Virus record (IMG/VR): IMGVR_UViG_3300029288_000063
Span: 1 to 64,000 of that record
DNA length: 64,000 nucleotides
Origin: a virus
Taxonomy: Duplodnaviria; Caudoviricetes
Strand: one strand, 5' to 3'
Positions 8,549 through 17,387 of the stretch are shown here, piece by piece. A program made the position numbers and the translations under genes. Each line of letters begins with the position of its first letter. The first letter of the stretch is position 1. Below the pieces are notes generated by a model, which did not search any database, had not been told where the DNA came from, and worked only from the letters and a program-made list of their open reading frames with translations.

Positions 8549-9337
8549 ATGGAGCGATATGACGTTCCGGTCAATGTTCCGCATGGTATTCGGTATGACC
8601 TTATTGTCGGTGGGGCTTGCCGGGACGCCATTATCGGAGTGAAGCCACGCGATTATGACCTGTGGTATTGCACGGAGCGGGGTTTTTATCAGGCAATTGA
8701 GCACCTGAATAGGCTTGGCGCGAAAAGTATTGGTGCAACAAGCAGGGCTGGGTATCCAAGCAAGCAGGGGATTTGGTTCGGCAAACAATGCGCCCATTCG
8801 GTTTGGATTAAAGGGCGTGATGTTTTTGACATGATGTATTTTCCAGAAATGGAACAGGATGAGTTGAAAACCCTGTGTGCGGATAATATGTGCTTTGGGG
8901 TCAATGCCTGTTTTCAGGAGTATGGCGGCAGTATTTATTCAAAGGCGCGACCGTGTGAGTATGAAAGCCGAGAGCTTGAGCCGAATGCATCGACCATGTC
9001 GACAGTGAGCATTCTGCGGCGGAGCTATAGGCTGTTCAAGCGAGGCTGGAAGCCGGGTGCCGGGTTGACTGGGTTGCTGTTCAAACGGCTTGATGAGATT
9101 TGCAAAAACGTTGATCGTTTTTTGTACTCGGAAGAGCGTGCGATTATTTGTACTGGGAATGGGTATAGCGGCACTCTTGACCATGTGGATTTTTCACTCG
9201 TCTGGCAGGTATTTCTGAAGCATATTCCCGACGACCATATGCTTATTGGGTTTTTGTCCTCGTCGGACGATATTATCCGTGTGCTGGCGAAGGAAAACAA
9301 CCGAAGAAAAAATCATTGCCAGTCAGGATGTTGTTGA
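8549..9337 (+). CDS. Class II nucleotidyltransferase-like protein, paralog 2
   Basis: IVGGACRD...PRDYDL; FGVNAC; shares C-terminal GFLSSSDD..R with paralog 1; ggagg SD. Confidence 0.7.
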   Translation: MERYDVPVNVPHGIRYDLIVGGACRDAIIGVKPRDYDLWYCTERGFYQAIEHLNRLGAKSIGATSRAGYPSKQGIWFGKQCAHSVWIKGRDVFDMMYFPEMEQDELKTLCADNMCFGVNACFQEYGGSIYSKARPCEYESRELEPNASTMSTVSILRRSYRLFKRGWKPGAGLTGLLFKRLDEICKNVDRFLYSEERAIICTGNGYSGTLDHVDFSLVWQVFLKHIPDDHMLIGFLSSSDDIIRVLAKENNRRKNHCQSGCC

Positions 9338-9395
9338 ATTTTGTTCTTTCGTTGCGGGGGCGGTGGCGCATGCTCGGGCTTTGGGAGGTCTTTGA

Positions 9396-10706
9396 GTGAT
9401 TAACGATATTTTGAATATGGTCGTCCAAAAGATCAACGAGCTGTCTGCTGGGAACCAGATGATTGCGGGCGCGATAAGCCTGTGGTTGTTGGGTGTCGCG
9501 TCGTATGTTTTCCGTTCGATTCCGCAAAGGATTTATTGGTTTTTCTGGAAGCAGCTAACGACGGAATTTGTTGTGACGAGTCAGAATACGTCGTTTTACA
9601 ATTTACTGGATTGGTTTCGGGACGGCGGACATGCGGGGAAGGTTCGTCGGTTGAAGGTTTGGGACGGACGTTTTGGGTGGGGCGATAAGACGACGAAATC
9701 CATTGGGTATGGTTCGCACCTGTTGTGGCATGGGTGGATTCCGCTTTTTGTGTCCCTGTCGCGGGAAACGTCGAATGATTCGTACGACAAAGAAATGATT
9801 ACGATTGTGAAGCTTGGTCGTTCCCATAAGGTTTTCGATAAATTGTTGGAAAACATCGCGATTGAGCGTCGGGCGAGGAATATGTTGGAGGTTTTTTCGT
9901 CTGTTGGAGACCATTGGGAAATTGCCTGTAAGCAGCCGTTTCGTGGTTTCGACAGTGTAATTGTTGATGATGAGGTTTTGGGGAAAATGCGGAATGCGGT
10001 AGACAATTTTATTTCCGCAGAGGATTGGTATGTGAAAAATGGAATTCCGTATTCCCTCGGGATATTATTATATGGTCCGCCCGGTACGGGGAAGACGTCT
10101 GTAATTCGTGCCCTTGCCTCGCATTTGAAGAGGGATATTTACGCCATACCGGTGTCGAAGGTAATGTTTTATCCTCAGATATTGCAGCGCGTAAGCAGTG
10201 ATGGTATTTTGGTCGTCGAAGATGTTGACGCGTGTTCGTCGGCGTGTGCGCGTGCGGTTGAGAGGGTGCCAGAGCCGGGTCCGGTTGAGGAGGTAAAGCC
10301 GGGCGTTGACAAGCCGAACACACCTGTCGTTCGACATCGCCCGCGTGGTTCCGATTTGGCGGACGAATATAATGCCGCGATTGTAAATACCTCCGATTTG
10401 TTGAACGCGATAGACGGGTTGGCGACGTCGCATGGTCGAATCTTGGTTATGACGACGAACCACCCTGAAAAATTAGACCCGGCGTTATTGCGTCCGGGTC
10501 GGTGCGATGTCCGCGTGGAGATTGGGTATTTTTCGGAGAAAATGTTTATTCGTTTTTTCGAGAGGTTTTTTCCGGGGTTTTCCGAGAAAATGTCGGGGCG
10601 TGTTATCGCCGACAATTTGACGGGGGCGGTTTTGCAACAGGCGGTGTTGGAAAAGAAAACCCCCGATGAAATTATCTTGGAGTCCACGAAAGAAATACCC
10701 CGATAA
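9396..10706 (+). CDS. BCS1-like membrane AAA+ ATPase
   Basis: N-terminal TM; GPPGTGKT; VEDVD; LLNAIDGL; TTNHPEKLDPALLRPGRCD. Confidence 0.85.
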   Translation: MINDILNMVVQKINELSAGNQMIAGAISLWLLGVASYVFRSIPQRIYWFFWKQLTTEFVVTSQNTSFYNLLDWFRDGGHAGKVRRLKVWDGRFGWGDKTTKSIGYGSHLLWHGWIPLFVSLSRETSNDSYDKEMITIVKLGRSHKVFDKLLENIAIERRARNMLEVFSSVGDHWEIACKQPFRGFDSVIVDDEVLGKMRNAVDNFISAEDWYVKNGIPYSLGILLYGPPGTGKTSVIRALASHLKRDIYAIPVSKVMFYPQILQRVSSDGILVVEDVDACSSACARAVERVPEPGPVEEVKPGVDKPNTPVVRHRPRGSDLADEYNAAIVNTSDLLNAIDGLATSHGRILVMTTNHPEKLDPALLRPGRCDVRVEIGYFSEKMFIRFFERFFPGFSEKMSGRVIADNLTGAVLQQAVLEKKTPDEIILESTKEIPR

Positions 10707-10755
10707 TTTCCTGTTCGCGCCCGATGGTATTTTGTCTAACTGGAGGGTGATTTCT

Positions 10756-11160
10756 ATGGGTGGTTTATATTGTCCGATGCCGCGTGGCTCAGCATCGTCA
10801 TATTTTCGGGCGTATTTATATTGGTATCCCGAAGACGGTGAAACCCGAGTAATTATTTTGGATGACGATTTCTTTGCCGTCGAGTGCGTGTCGAAGCTTG
10901 AAGGTGTGGATTCGGCCGAGGCGGTGACCGAGGATTTTCGGGAGTGCGTCAAGGATATTGAATTTATTCGCAGTCTGTCGGAAGGGGAAATTCCTGCCGA
11001 GGGCTGTGTTGAAATTGTCGGTGAGTTTTCCGTGTCGTGGTCTGAGTCCTGTTACCCCGATTCTCAGGGGGAAATTGATTCGGAGACGGATATTGATGTT
11101 CGGGATAAGGTTTTCCTGTCCGTTGATGAGATGAACGCTATTTTTGACGAGGTGGAATAA
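10756..11160 (+). CDS. Acidic hypothetical protein
   Basis: ggagg SD before ATG. Confidence 0.6.
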   Translation: MGGLYCPMPRGSASSYFRAYLYWYPEDGETRVIILDDDFFAVECVSKLEGVDSAEAVTEDFRECVKDIEFIRSLSEGEIPAEGCVEIVGEFSVSWSESCYPDSQGEIDSETDIDVRDKVFLSVDEMNAIFDEVE

Positions 11161-11162
11161 TT

Positions 11163-11366
11163 ATGGCGTCCGAAGGTGAATATCAGGTTATGGTTCTGGA
11201 TGAGGACGAGGGCGGTGCACTAGTTTATTCTGTGGCTGGCATTCCCGCTGCGGACTCCGAGGATGGCGCTCTTGATAACTTCCGCATATGGAAGAAGTCC
11301 TGTTTCATTGCGCGTGAAGATATCCCGCATGTGGTTGTTCGGGTTGTCTGTGGCGAGTTGGTGTAA
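11163..11366 (+). CDS. Hypothetical protein
   Basis: Tightly packed ORF. Confidence 0.55.
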   Translation: MASEGEYQVMVLDEDEGGALVYSVAGIPAADSEDGALDNFRIWKKSCFIAREDIPHVVVRVVCGELV

Positions 11367-11378
11367 GGGAGAAGCAAC

Positions 11379-11942
11379 ATGCCGAATAATGTAAGAAGCA
11401 TGGTGAGGGTTTTGGGTCCACGTGCGTCAAGAGAGGCGTTTGTTGCGGCTTGTCTTTCTGTTGGTGAGGAAGAGGTTGTCGATTTCGAAAAGGTTATTCC
11501 CATTCCGCCTGAGTTGTGTGTTGTAGATAGCTCATCTGGTGATTTTGGATATACGCTCCTGAAGTATGGATGGAGGTCGTTTCAAAAGCGTTTTAAGGCA
11601 AAGACAAAAAAAGGCGTTATTGCCGCCGCTGAAAAAGTGATGCCCGGTGCCATTGAACTTGGGCGGAGGTATCTGGAAAACGAGAAGAAGTTCGGCAGCA
11701 AAACATGGTATGGGTGGTGCACCTCCAAGTGGGGAACGAAATGGAATGCGTATCGGAGCAGTATCAAGCAGACTGCCCGTTTGTTGACACTGGAGTTTTG
11801 CACGGCATGGAGCGAGCCGATGCCTGTGTTTCGGTGCTGGTCCGAGAAGTTTCCCGACCTGCGGTTTCGTGTTCATGTTAGTGGTGAGGTTGCAAAGGAG
11901 ACTTCGTTTGAGCTTTGTAAAGGGGTAGAGGTTGAGCTGTAA
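11379..11942 (+). CDS. YubB/DUF1281-like protein
   Basis: MPN...DFEKVIP.P...WYGWC..KWGTKWNA...F.TAWSEP. Confidence 0.75.
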   Translation: MPNNVRSMVRVLGPRASREAFVAACLSVGEEEVVDFEKVIPIPPELCVVDSSSGDFGYTLLKYGWRSFQKRFKAKTKKGVIAAAEKVMPGAIELGRRYLENEKKFGSKTWYGWCTSKWGTKWNAYRSSIKQTARLLTLEFCTAWSEPMPVFRCWSEKFPDLRFRVHVSGEVAKETSFELCKGVEVEL

Positions 11943-12039
11943 AAACAGGTTTCTTTGATAAAAAGAGCCAATAATTTCCTGATTATTGGTAGAGTTATAG
12001 AATGTAGGTACAATTTCTTTTCCGTAGCGGAAGGGGGTT

Positions 12040-12225
12040 GTGATGCCTGATAATCAGGATGGCGGCATGGTTTCGGTTATGCTTCCGGCGGTAATGGCTG
12101 AGAAGATTTCCGAACTTCGAAAGAACGGTGGTGAGGTTTTTCAGGTAATGGTTCGTCTTGGTTATGATTTTGCCTTTGTCGAAGAGGATGGGAAAGTCAA
12201 TTGGGACGATGACCATCACGGTTGA
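12040..12225 (+). CDS. Hypothetical protein
   Basis: Short ORF after promoter-like AT-rich region. Confidence 0.45.
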   Translation: MMPDNQDGGMVSVMLPAVMAEKISELRKNGGEVFQVMVRLGYDFAFVEEDGKVNWDDDHHG

Positions 12226-12249
12226 ATGCGGTGGTAAAAATGGCTTTGG

Positions 12250-12501
12250 ATGAGTCTTGTTGTTCTCGTGACATTTTCGAGAACGGAGTGCATGTTTTTT
12301 TCTCTTACTGATTTGCCGCCTGTGGCGATAAATGAGTGGGTGTGCAGAATATCCGAAAAATCCGGTCAACGCGTCGACTGGCATTACGTCGGCGGTATTG
12401 CGTGTGTTCGGTGTTTGGTGGATTCCGAGGCTGTGGTGTCCGCCATTCGGAGCAACTTGTCGGAGATAAGCTCGAAGACAAGTTGCTGGAGGTTTATCTG
12501 A
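12250..12501 (+). CDS. Hypothetical protein
   Basis: ORF with VDWHYVGG. Confidence 0.5.
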   Translation: MSLVVLVTFSRTECMFFSLTDLPPVAINEWVCRISEKSGQRVDWHYVGGIACVRCLVDSEAVVSAIRSNLSEISSKTSCWRFI

Positions 12502-12701
12502 CGGAAGGGTGGTTTGTGATGGAATCACGTTCAGGTCTGTTTGGTTTGGTGTTTGTTTTGGTTGTGATTTCCGTTTTTTCTTTTGCGTTGATGACGCGTC
12601 AGGATGGTTTCCGCGTGTTGTCGGTTTTGGGTTGTGTGGTTTTTTTTATTGTGCTTGTGGCTGCTATGTTTGGCGCGGCGTCTGGCGATAGGTGATATTC
12701 G

Positions 12702-13223
12702 ATGAGCGTACCTCCGATAAAAAAATCGTGGTGGGTTTGTGATGGGTTGTTGGCGGGTCCGTCACCTGTCCAGCCTGAAAGCCGGGCGCGTCTGGATAAG
12801 CTCCTTGCATATGGAATGAACTCCTTTGTAGACCTTCGTGATACAAAGGAAGAGATAGACGGATTTCCGGAGGTTCGCTACGATTCTCTTTTGCCGTCCG
12901 GTGTTGAATATAAAAATTTCCCAATCCTCGACGGACAAGCACCGGCGCGGGACGAGGACACAGACCGTATTGTGCGATATATTTGCGAGCGGATGGAGAG
13001 TGGAAAAAAGGTTTATGTTCACTGTCACGGTGGCCATGGAAGAACTGGAACGATTGTGGCGGCGTTTTTGGTTCGTGGTGGTTTTCCACCGGCTGGTTCT
13101 ATCCTGCACATAAATATATTGCGGAAAGCGGCGTGTGCAGAACTCTCAGATATTCTGAGTCCGCAAACAGACATTCAGATGGGTGCGATTCACAGTTATG
13201 GTCGTTTTTTGCAGAAGGCATAG
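12702..13223 (+). CDS. Dual-specificity/tyrosine protein phosphatase
   Basis: FPILD..AP; VYVHCHGGHGRTG; PQT..Q. Confidence 0.85.
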   Translation: MSVPPIKKSWWVCDGLLAGPSPVQPESRARLDKLLAYGMNSFVDLRDTKEEIDGFPEVRYDSLLPSGVEYKNFPILDGQAPARDEDTDRIVRYICERMESGKKVYVHCHGGHGRTGTIVAAFLVRGGFPPAGSILHINILRKAACAELSDILSPQTDIQMGAIHSYGRFLQKA

Positions 13224-13225
13224 CG

Positions 13226-13546
13226 ATGGATATTTCCGGGTGGACAAAATTGGAGCGTTCGCTTCTTTTGTATCTTGAGACGCGGGCTGTTGATTATTCC
13301 GGTGGTGTTGATGCACGCCGTATGAACGACGAAGATATTGCCATTGCGAAGCGTTGGAACGACGAGGGGTTTATTGGGTTCGGGAGGATTGCGTTCCGTG
13401 ATGTTGGCTCGCCGACGACTCCAGCCGGTTCTGTGTTTTGGTGTGAACTGAGTGATGAGGCGTGGAGTATTGTTGCCGATTTGCGTCGTAAGCGGGCGTG
13501 TCGTTCATGGGGGAAAAGAAGTTTCATGAAGACAAGCGAGGTCTGA
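13226..13546 (+). CDS. Hypothetical phage protein
   Basis: ERSLLLYLETRAVD..G.VD.RRMN.ED. Confidence 0.6.
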   Translation: MDISGWTKLERSLLLYLETRAVDYSGGVDARRMNDEDIAIAKRWNDEGFIGFGRIAFRDVGSPTTPAGSVFWCELSDEAWSIVADLRRKRACRSWGKRSFMKTSEV

Positions 13547-13849
13547 ATGAAGAGTCGCCGTGGGAAGCCCAAAGATACGGACGTTCCAGAGTCGTGTTAT
13601 TCCTGTCTGTCTCTTGCAGATGGTCGTAGGATTCGAATTAACTTCGACCTGTCTATGCGGGCGTCTGAATATGTTTGTGCGGCGTGTCGTGACGAGTGGT
13701 GTATGATGGCAAAATCGTGTAACGAAGGAAATCCGGCAGCAACGGCGATGCGGGTTGGTTGCCCGTATATTGCGGAGCACGTCATGCTGCAAAACACGCC
13801 AATATTTTTGAGTGGCTCTGTTCAGGTAACGAATAATGATAGGGATTGA
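13547..13849 (+). CDS. Small Cys-rich protein, CxxC...CP(Y/F)xxE family
   Basis: CYSC, CAAC, C, GCPYIAEHVM. Confidence 0.55.
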   Translation: MKSRRGKPKDTDVPESCYSCLSLADGRRIRINFDLSMRASEYVCAACRDEWCMMAKSCNEGNPAATAMRVGCPYIAEHVMLQNTPIFLSGSVQVTNNDRD

Positions 13850-14474
13850 ATCTCTTGCTGTGATTTTGGCAGCCGTTGGGCGTCGTCGCAAGGAAGAAAA
13901 GGCCGTAGAGGGTCTTGGTTTTGAACCGATTTGTGACATGCAGACACCGGCTGTTCCGGCAATGACGGAAGAGTTGTGGAGTGAGGTTGGCTCTGACGTT
14001 TCCGAGCTTTGTGTCGACCTGTTGAGTTTTGCCCGGTTCAATAAATACATGCGACTTGCGGGTATGGCCGCGAATCAGGTTGGCTTGAAAGGCGAGCGGG
14101 TAATGTTGGACGTCTGTTTTGTCAACACGTCCGGTTCCGATTTCAGAGGTTGCTGGGTTACGGCGTTGTGCCCGGAAATTGTTTCGCGCTCCGGCGGCTC
14201 CACGTCGTCCCGTGAAGGGTGTCTGACGTGGCCGGGGAAATATATCGCCGCAGAGCGCCATGACCATGTTGTTGTTCGGTATCGCGACCTTTCGTGGAAA
14301 GAGTGTGAGTTTGAGGCGTCGGGGTTTGAGGCGAAGGTTTGGCAACACGAGGTTAATCATCTTCGCGGCGTGGAAGAACGCATTCATTTTTCAGGAGAGT
14401 TTCGCGGTGTTGGCGTTAACGACCCGTGTCCGTGTGGCAGTGGGAAGAAGCTGAAAAAGTGTTGTGGGCGGTAG
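13836..14474 (+). CDS. def: Peptide deformylase with C-terminal SEC-C motif
   Basis: GMAANQVG, EGCLT, QHEVNHLRG; C-terminal NDPCPCGSGKKLKKCC. Confidence 0.9.
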   Translation: MIGIESLAVILAAVGRRRKEEKAVEGLGFEPICDMQTPAVPAMTEELWSEVGSDVSELCVDLLSFARFNKYMRLAGMAANQVGLKGERVMLDVCFVNTSGSDFRGCWVTALCPEIVSRSGGSTSSREGCLTWPGKYIAAERHDHVVVRYRDLSWKECEFEASGFEAKVWQHEVNHLRGVEERIHFSGEFRGVGVNDPCPCGSGKKLKKCCGR

Positions 14475-14569
14475 AAGGTTATATGTCGGAAAATAATTGG
14501 TGGAAATTCCGAAAAATTGACCAAGTTTTTTGTGTCGTCCGATATTCCTTCATGGTAATCGAAAGAAGA

Positions 14570-14745
14570 CGGCGTGTTCAGGTTCCGGAGCCTGTTTCTG
14601 CCTAGTTGCCAGTGCCTAAGGAGGTTGTGGGTTCGAATCCCACCTCTCCCGCAAGGGTGAGTAGTTCAAAGTGGCTAGAACACCTTACGCCAGTGCAGCA
14701 GCCAAGTAGATACCTACGTCGGGATGGCCATCCCGGCGTTTTTTT
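14570..14745 (+). ncRNA. Circularly permuted tRNA-like RNA (YrlA/Y-RNA-like architecture); tRNA-like core 14617-14687
   Basis: Order: taagg - aggtt - T arm gtggg/ttcgaat/cccac - acceptor ctctccc/GCAA/gggtgag - ta - D arm gttc/gaac - a - cctta; terminator follows; 5' boundary approximate. Confidence 0.7.
14716..14745 (+). terminator. Rho-independent terminator
   Basis: cgtcgggat-ggcc-atcccggcg followed by T7. Confidence 0.8.
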
Positions 14746-14797
14746 GTTTTATAGGAGATTTTTCGCTCACGGGCGATGTTATATAAAGGAGGGTATT

Positions 14798-15259
14798 ATG
14801 GAGAAGACACTTTACGCATTGCGGAACAAAAAGACGGGTGTGTTGGCTAAGGTTTATGGTCGGCCGAATGGTGGTGCCGACTGCTCGTGCGAGACACAGA
14901 ATATTGTCGGAGAAGATGGTGACCGTGACTGGTTGGTAGAAGATGCGGTGAACGCCGAATATGCTCGCCTGAACGACACACCGTGGTATAATGCCGACCA
15001 CGAAACGCCGTCCCATAGCGATTCGTGGAATCCCGGTGATTGGGAGGTTGTATCGGTTGTAATGGTTTGCGAGAAAGTCGATGTGAAGATTCCGACGATG
15101 CGTAAGTATCTGGCGGAGCGTTACAAGAAGTCGAATCCGGAACATTACAAGCACTGCATTGCCATGTTGAACGAAAAGTCGTCGCGTAGCGAGATGATGT
15201 ATTCCCTGTATGACCTTCGCATTTGGATGGATGAGAGAAATGGAAAAAAACATAGTTGA
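14798..15259 (+). CDS. Hypothetical protein
   Basis: aaggaggg SD then ATG at 14798. Confidence 0.65.
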   Translation: MEKTLYALRNKKTGVLAKVYGRPNGGADCSCETQNIVGEDGDRDWLVEDAVNAEYARLNDTPWYNADHETPSHSDSWNPGDWEVVSVVMVCEKVDVKIPTMRKYLAERYKKSNPEHYKHCIAMLNEKSSRSEMMYSLYDLRIWMDERNGKKHS

Positions 15260-15647
15260 TAAGCTGTATGACGCTTTTATTAACATGGACCACTCTCACG
15301 CGTGTGAGGCTAGGATTGAGTTGGCGGGCAGGAGTGCGTTTGGAAAGTGTTCCTGTGGTCATGACAAGGCAATAAACCTTTTCAAGCAGCTTCGTGCGCT
15401 GTTGTCGCTTGAAGGTGTTGATGGTATCGCCTATGCCCTTCGTCATAAAGAAACGAAACGTTTCTTTGTTCGTGTGAGTGACGATGGTTCTATTACGAGT
15501 GATGTTTTTTCAAAAGATGTGCATTTGGATTTCAATATAGACCGGATACGGGAACTATTGTCTGATTACGAGTTGGAGGATTTTGTGATTGTTCGTGTGA
15601 CGACTCGGACTGTTACCGTTCGGAATTTTGATGAGGTGGAGTCATGA
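15240..15647 (+). CDS. Hypothetical protein
   Basis: Overlapping, coupled ORF. Confidence 0.55.
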   Translation: MEKNIVDKLYDAFINMDHSHACEARIELAGRSAFGKCSCGHDKAINLFKQLRALLSLEGVDGIAYALRHKETKRFFVRVSDDGSITSDVFSKDVHLDFNIDRIRELLSDYELEDFVIVRVTTRTVTVRNFDEVES

Positions 15648-15799
15648 AAATCAAAATGAAGTCGGCTGCGGATCTTGCCCGTTCTGTACGGAAGTCGCCT
15701 GTTCCGCCGGGGAAGACGATTCTGTCGAAAAAGGATAAGGCGAAGAAAAACGCCCGCAGGGTTTTTCGTCAAAACCGTGACGATGCAGAAAGCCAGTAA
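15644..15799 (+). CDS. Small basic protein (51 aa)
   Basis: atga overlap, gaggtgg SD; MKIKMKSAADLARSVRK... Confidence 0.5.
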   Translation: MKIKMKSAADLARSVRKSPVPPGKTILSKKDKAKKNARRVFRQNRDDAESQ

Positions 15800-15826
15800 A
15801 TTGTTCCGCCCGTGTCGGGGAAGAGT

Positions 15827-15931
15827 TGAGACCGGCAGGATTTGAACCTGCACTTATACCTTGGTGCCCTGTGGCTGGCGATGATTCTTGCACACCGCCC
15901 CAAGGCTGCTCTCCCGTTAAGCTACGGTCTC
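15827..15931 (-). tRNA. tRNA-like RNA with a branched insert of about 35 nt in place of the anticodon loop; no encoded CCA
   Basis: Minus strand: GAGACCG-TA-GCTT/AACGGGA/GAGC-A-GCCTTGG...CCAAGGT-ATAAGT-GCAGG/TTCAAAT/CCTGC-CGGTCTC-A. Confidence 0.7.
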
Positions 15932-15950
15932 ACTTGTAACCGTAGCCAGT

Positions 15951-16001
15951 TTATTCCCTTGTTGTGTTGCAAAGACGACGAGTGGTTGTGTAATCTCTCA
16001 T
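15951..16001 (-). CDS. Putative 16-aa leader peptide MRDYTTTRRLCNTTRE
   Basis: AGGAGG 7 nt upstream of ATG; stop lies about 20 nt before the tRNA-like element. Confidence 0.45.
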   Translation of the reverse strand: MRDYTTTRRLCNTTRE

Positions 16002-16039
16002 TGTGCGTCCTCCTACTGTTAGTCGGTTGATAAAAAAAT

Positions 16040-16615
16040 ATGGGAGTTTTTTTCGTGCAACGCGATGTCTTTTCAAAGGAGGATAATCCATTGGAATCAC
16101 CCTATCTCATTCAGCGTATGAAGTTGCGAAAAGTTGCCGCCGGTGAGGGTCGCAGCATTGATGACCTTTTTTCGATGGACTATATGGGTTCGTCGGAGTT
16201 TGAGTGGGGTGCGTTGCCGGAATCGCTCAAGCGCATCTGTCGCAATATTGACGCCTATGAGCTGTTTACACCACTTGTAAACGGACAGCAAATCCACGAC
16301 TTTCGTGGGTTCCCCCTCGTTTTGATTGCCCCGCGAGAGCTACATGAAGAATACGGTGATTTTCTCGTGTCACTTGTCGGTGGTGCGGCGGGGCATCTGA
16401 AAGAGCCGTCGTATATCACAAACAACGTTTCCGGCAAGGAATGGAACGGAAAGGCACTTTCGTACGGCAAAGTTGACGCGTGGTGGGACATCGAGAACGA
16501 TGTGTTTTTCGCGTTTGGCGTTGTGGCGGATACCGTGGTGAACGCCGTTCGTGGTACTATCGAGAAGAAGCGTGCGGAAGGAAAAACCGATTGGCTTCCG
16601 AAAGGAAAAGCGTGA
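16040..16615 (+). CDS. Hypothetical phage protein
   Basis: FSMDYMGSSEFEWGALP.SL motif; WWDIENDV. Confidence 0.65.
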   Translation: MGVFFVQRDVFSKEDNPLESPYLIQRMKLRKVAAGEGRSIDDLFSMDYMGSSEFEWGALPESLKRICRNIDAYELFTPLVNGQQIHDFRGFPLVLIAPRELHEEYGDFLVSLVGGAAGHLKEPSYITNNVSGKEWNGKALSYGKVDAWWDIENDVFFAFGVVADTVVNAVRGTIEKKRAEGKTDWLPKGKA

Positions 16616-17172
16616 AAACCATCAAAGTCGTTGAGCATAAAACCACTGTTCCCGTTGATGACATTGGGGACACTTTTCTTCCCAAGGACGGTTCGAATTG
16701 GTTCTCGAAGCCGCCCGAGGACGTTTGGACGACGAAGCCGTTCATTCCGCTTGGCGCACTCGGACTCAACACATGGGATTCGCTCAGGCGGGTCGGTGTA
16801 TACGAGAAGGAATTTCGTCTGTCTGTGCAGTATGATTGCCCGTTCGTTGATGGGAATAAGTTCTATCTGTTTGTTCCGAATCTTCTGTTTACGGACGATG
16901 TTCCGTTTTGGATTGGTCGTATATCCGGCGAGGTGCATCTCCTTGGCGGCAAGGAATATATTGCCGACCACGAATGGCATCGCCATGTGTATGAGGACGA
17001 TTTCGAGAACAAAACGATGCCGATGGGATACATCTGCGAAAACATGATGGGTCATGGGTTTTCCAGTAAGTATTTGGTCGGGAATGGGTATGCCGGGAAA
17101 AAATCTGCCGTTGTTGCGCTTGAAAACGGAGATTATCTCGGCGGTCAGGTGTGGGTTTGGTATAATAAATAA
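16612..17172 (+). CDS. Hypothetical protein
   Basis: gtga overlap with upstream stop. Confidence 0.6.
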   Translation: MKTIKVVEHKTTVPVDDIGDTFLPKDGSNWFSKPPEDVWTTKPFIPLGALGLNTWDSLRRVGVYEKEFRLSVQYDCPFVDGNKFYLFVPNLLFTDDVPFWIGRISGEVHLLGGKEYIADHEWHRHVYEDDFENKTMPMGYICENMMGHGFSSKYLVGNGYAGKKSAVVALENGDYLGGQVWVWYNK

Positions 17173-17387
17173 GGGTCACCACATGCGTGTGTTTGCCGAG
17201 AGGAAGTCTGATGGAAAAAGGCTCCTTGTTGTTGGGTGGAGTGGTGATGAGATTTGTGTCTTGGAGCGGTTCACGTTTTGGTCTGATTCGGGCACGGTTA
17301 TGCGCCCACTGAGGCTGTGGCATAAAAAGGCTCTATACAAGATGGAACGCGACGGTTGTGTCGCAGAGTTGTGACAAGGAGATATTC

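Noticed and set aside
14617-14687. Ordinary tRNA gene
   Set aside because: T arm precedes D arm and the acceptor stem is closed by a tetraloop; no anticodon loop
14606-14797. 5' extension of ORF 14606-15259
   Set aside because: Overlaps the tRNA-like RNA and a terminator; a strong SD supports the ATG at 14798
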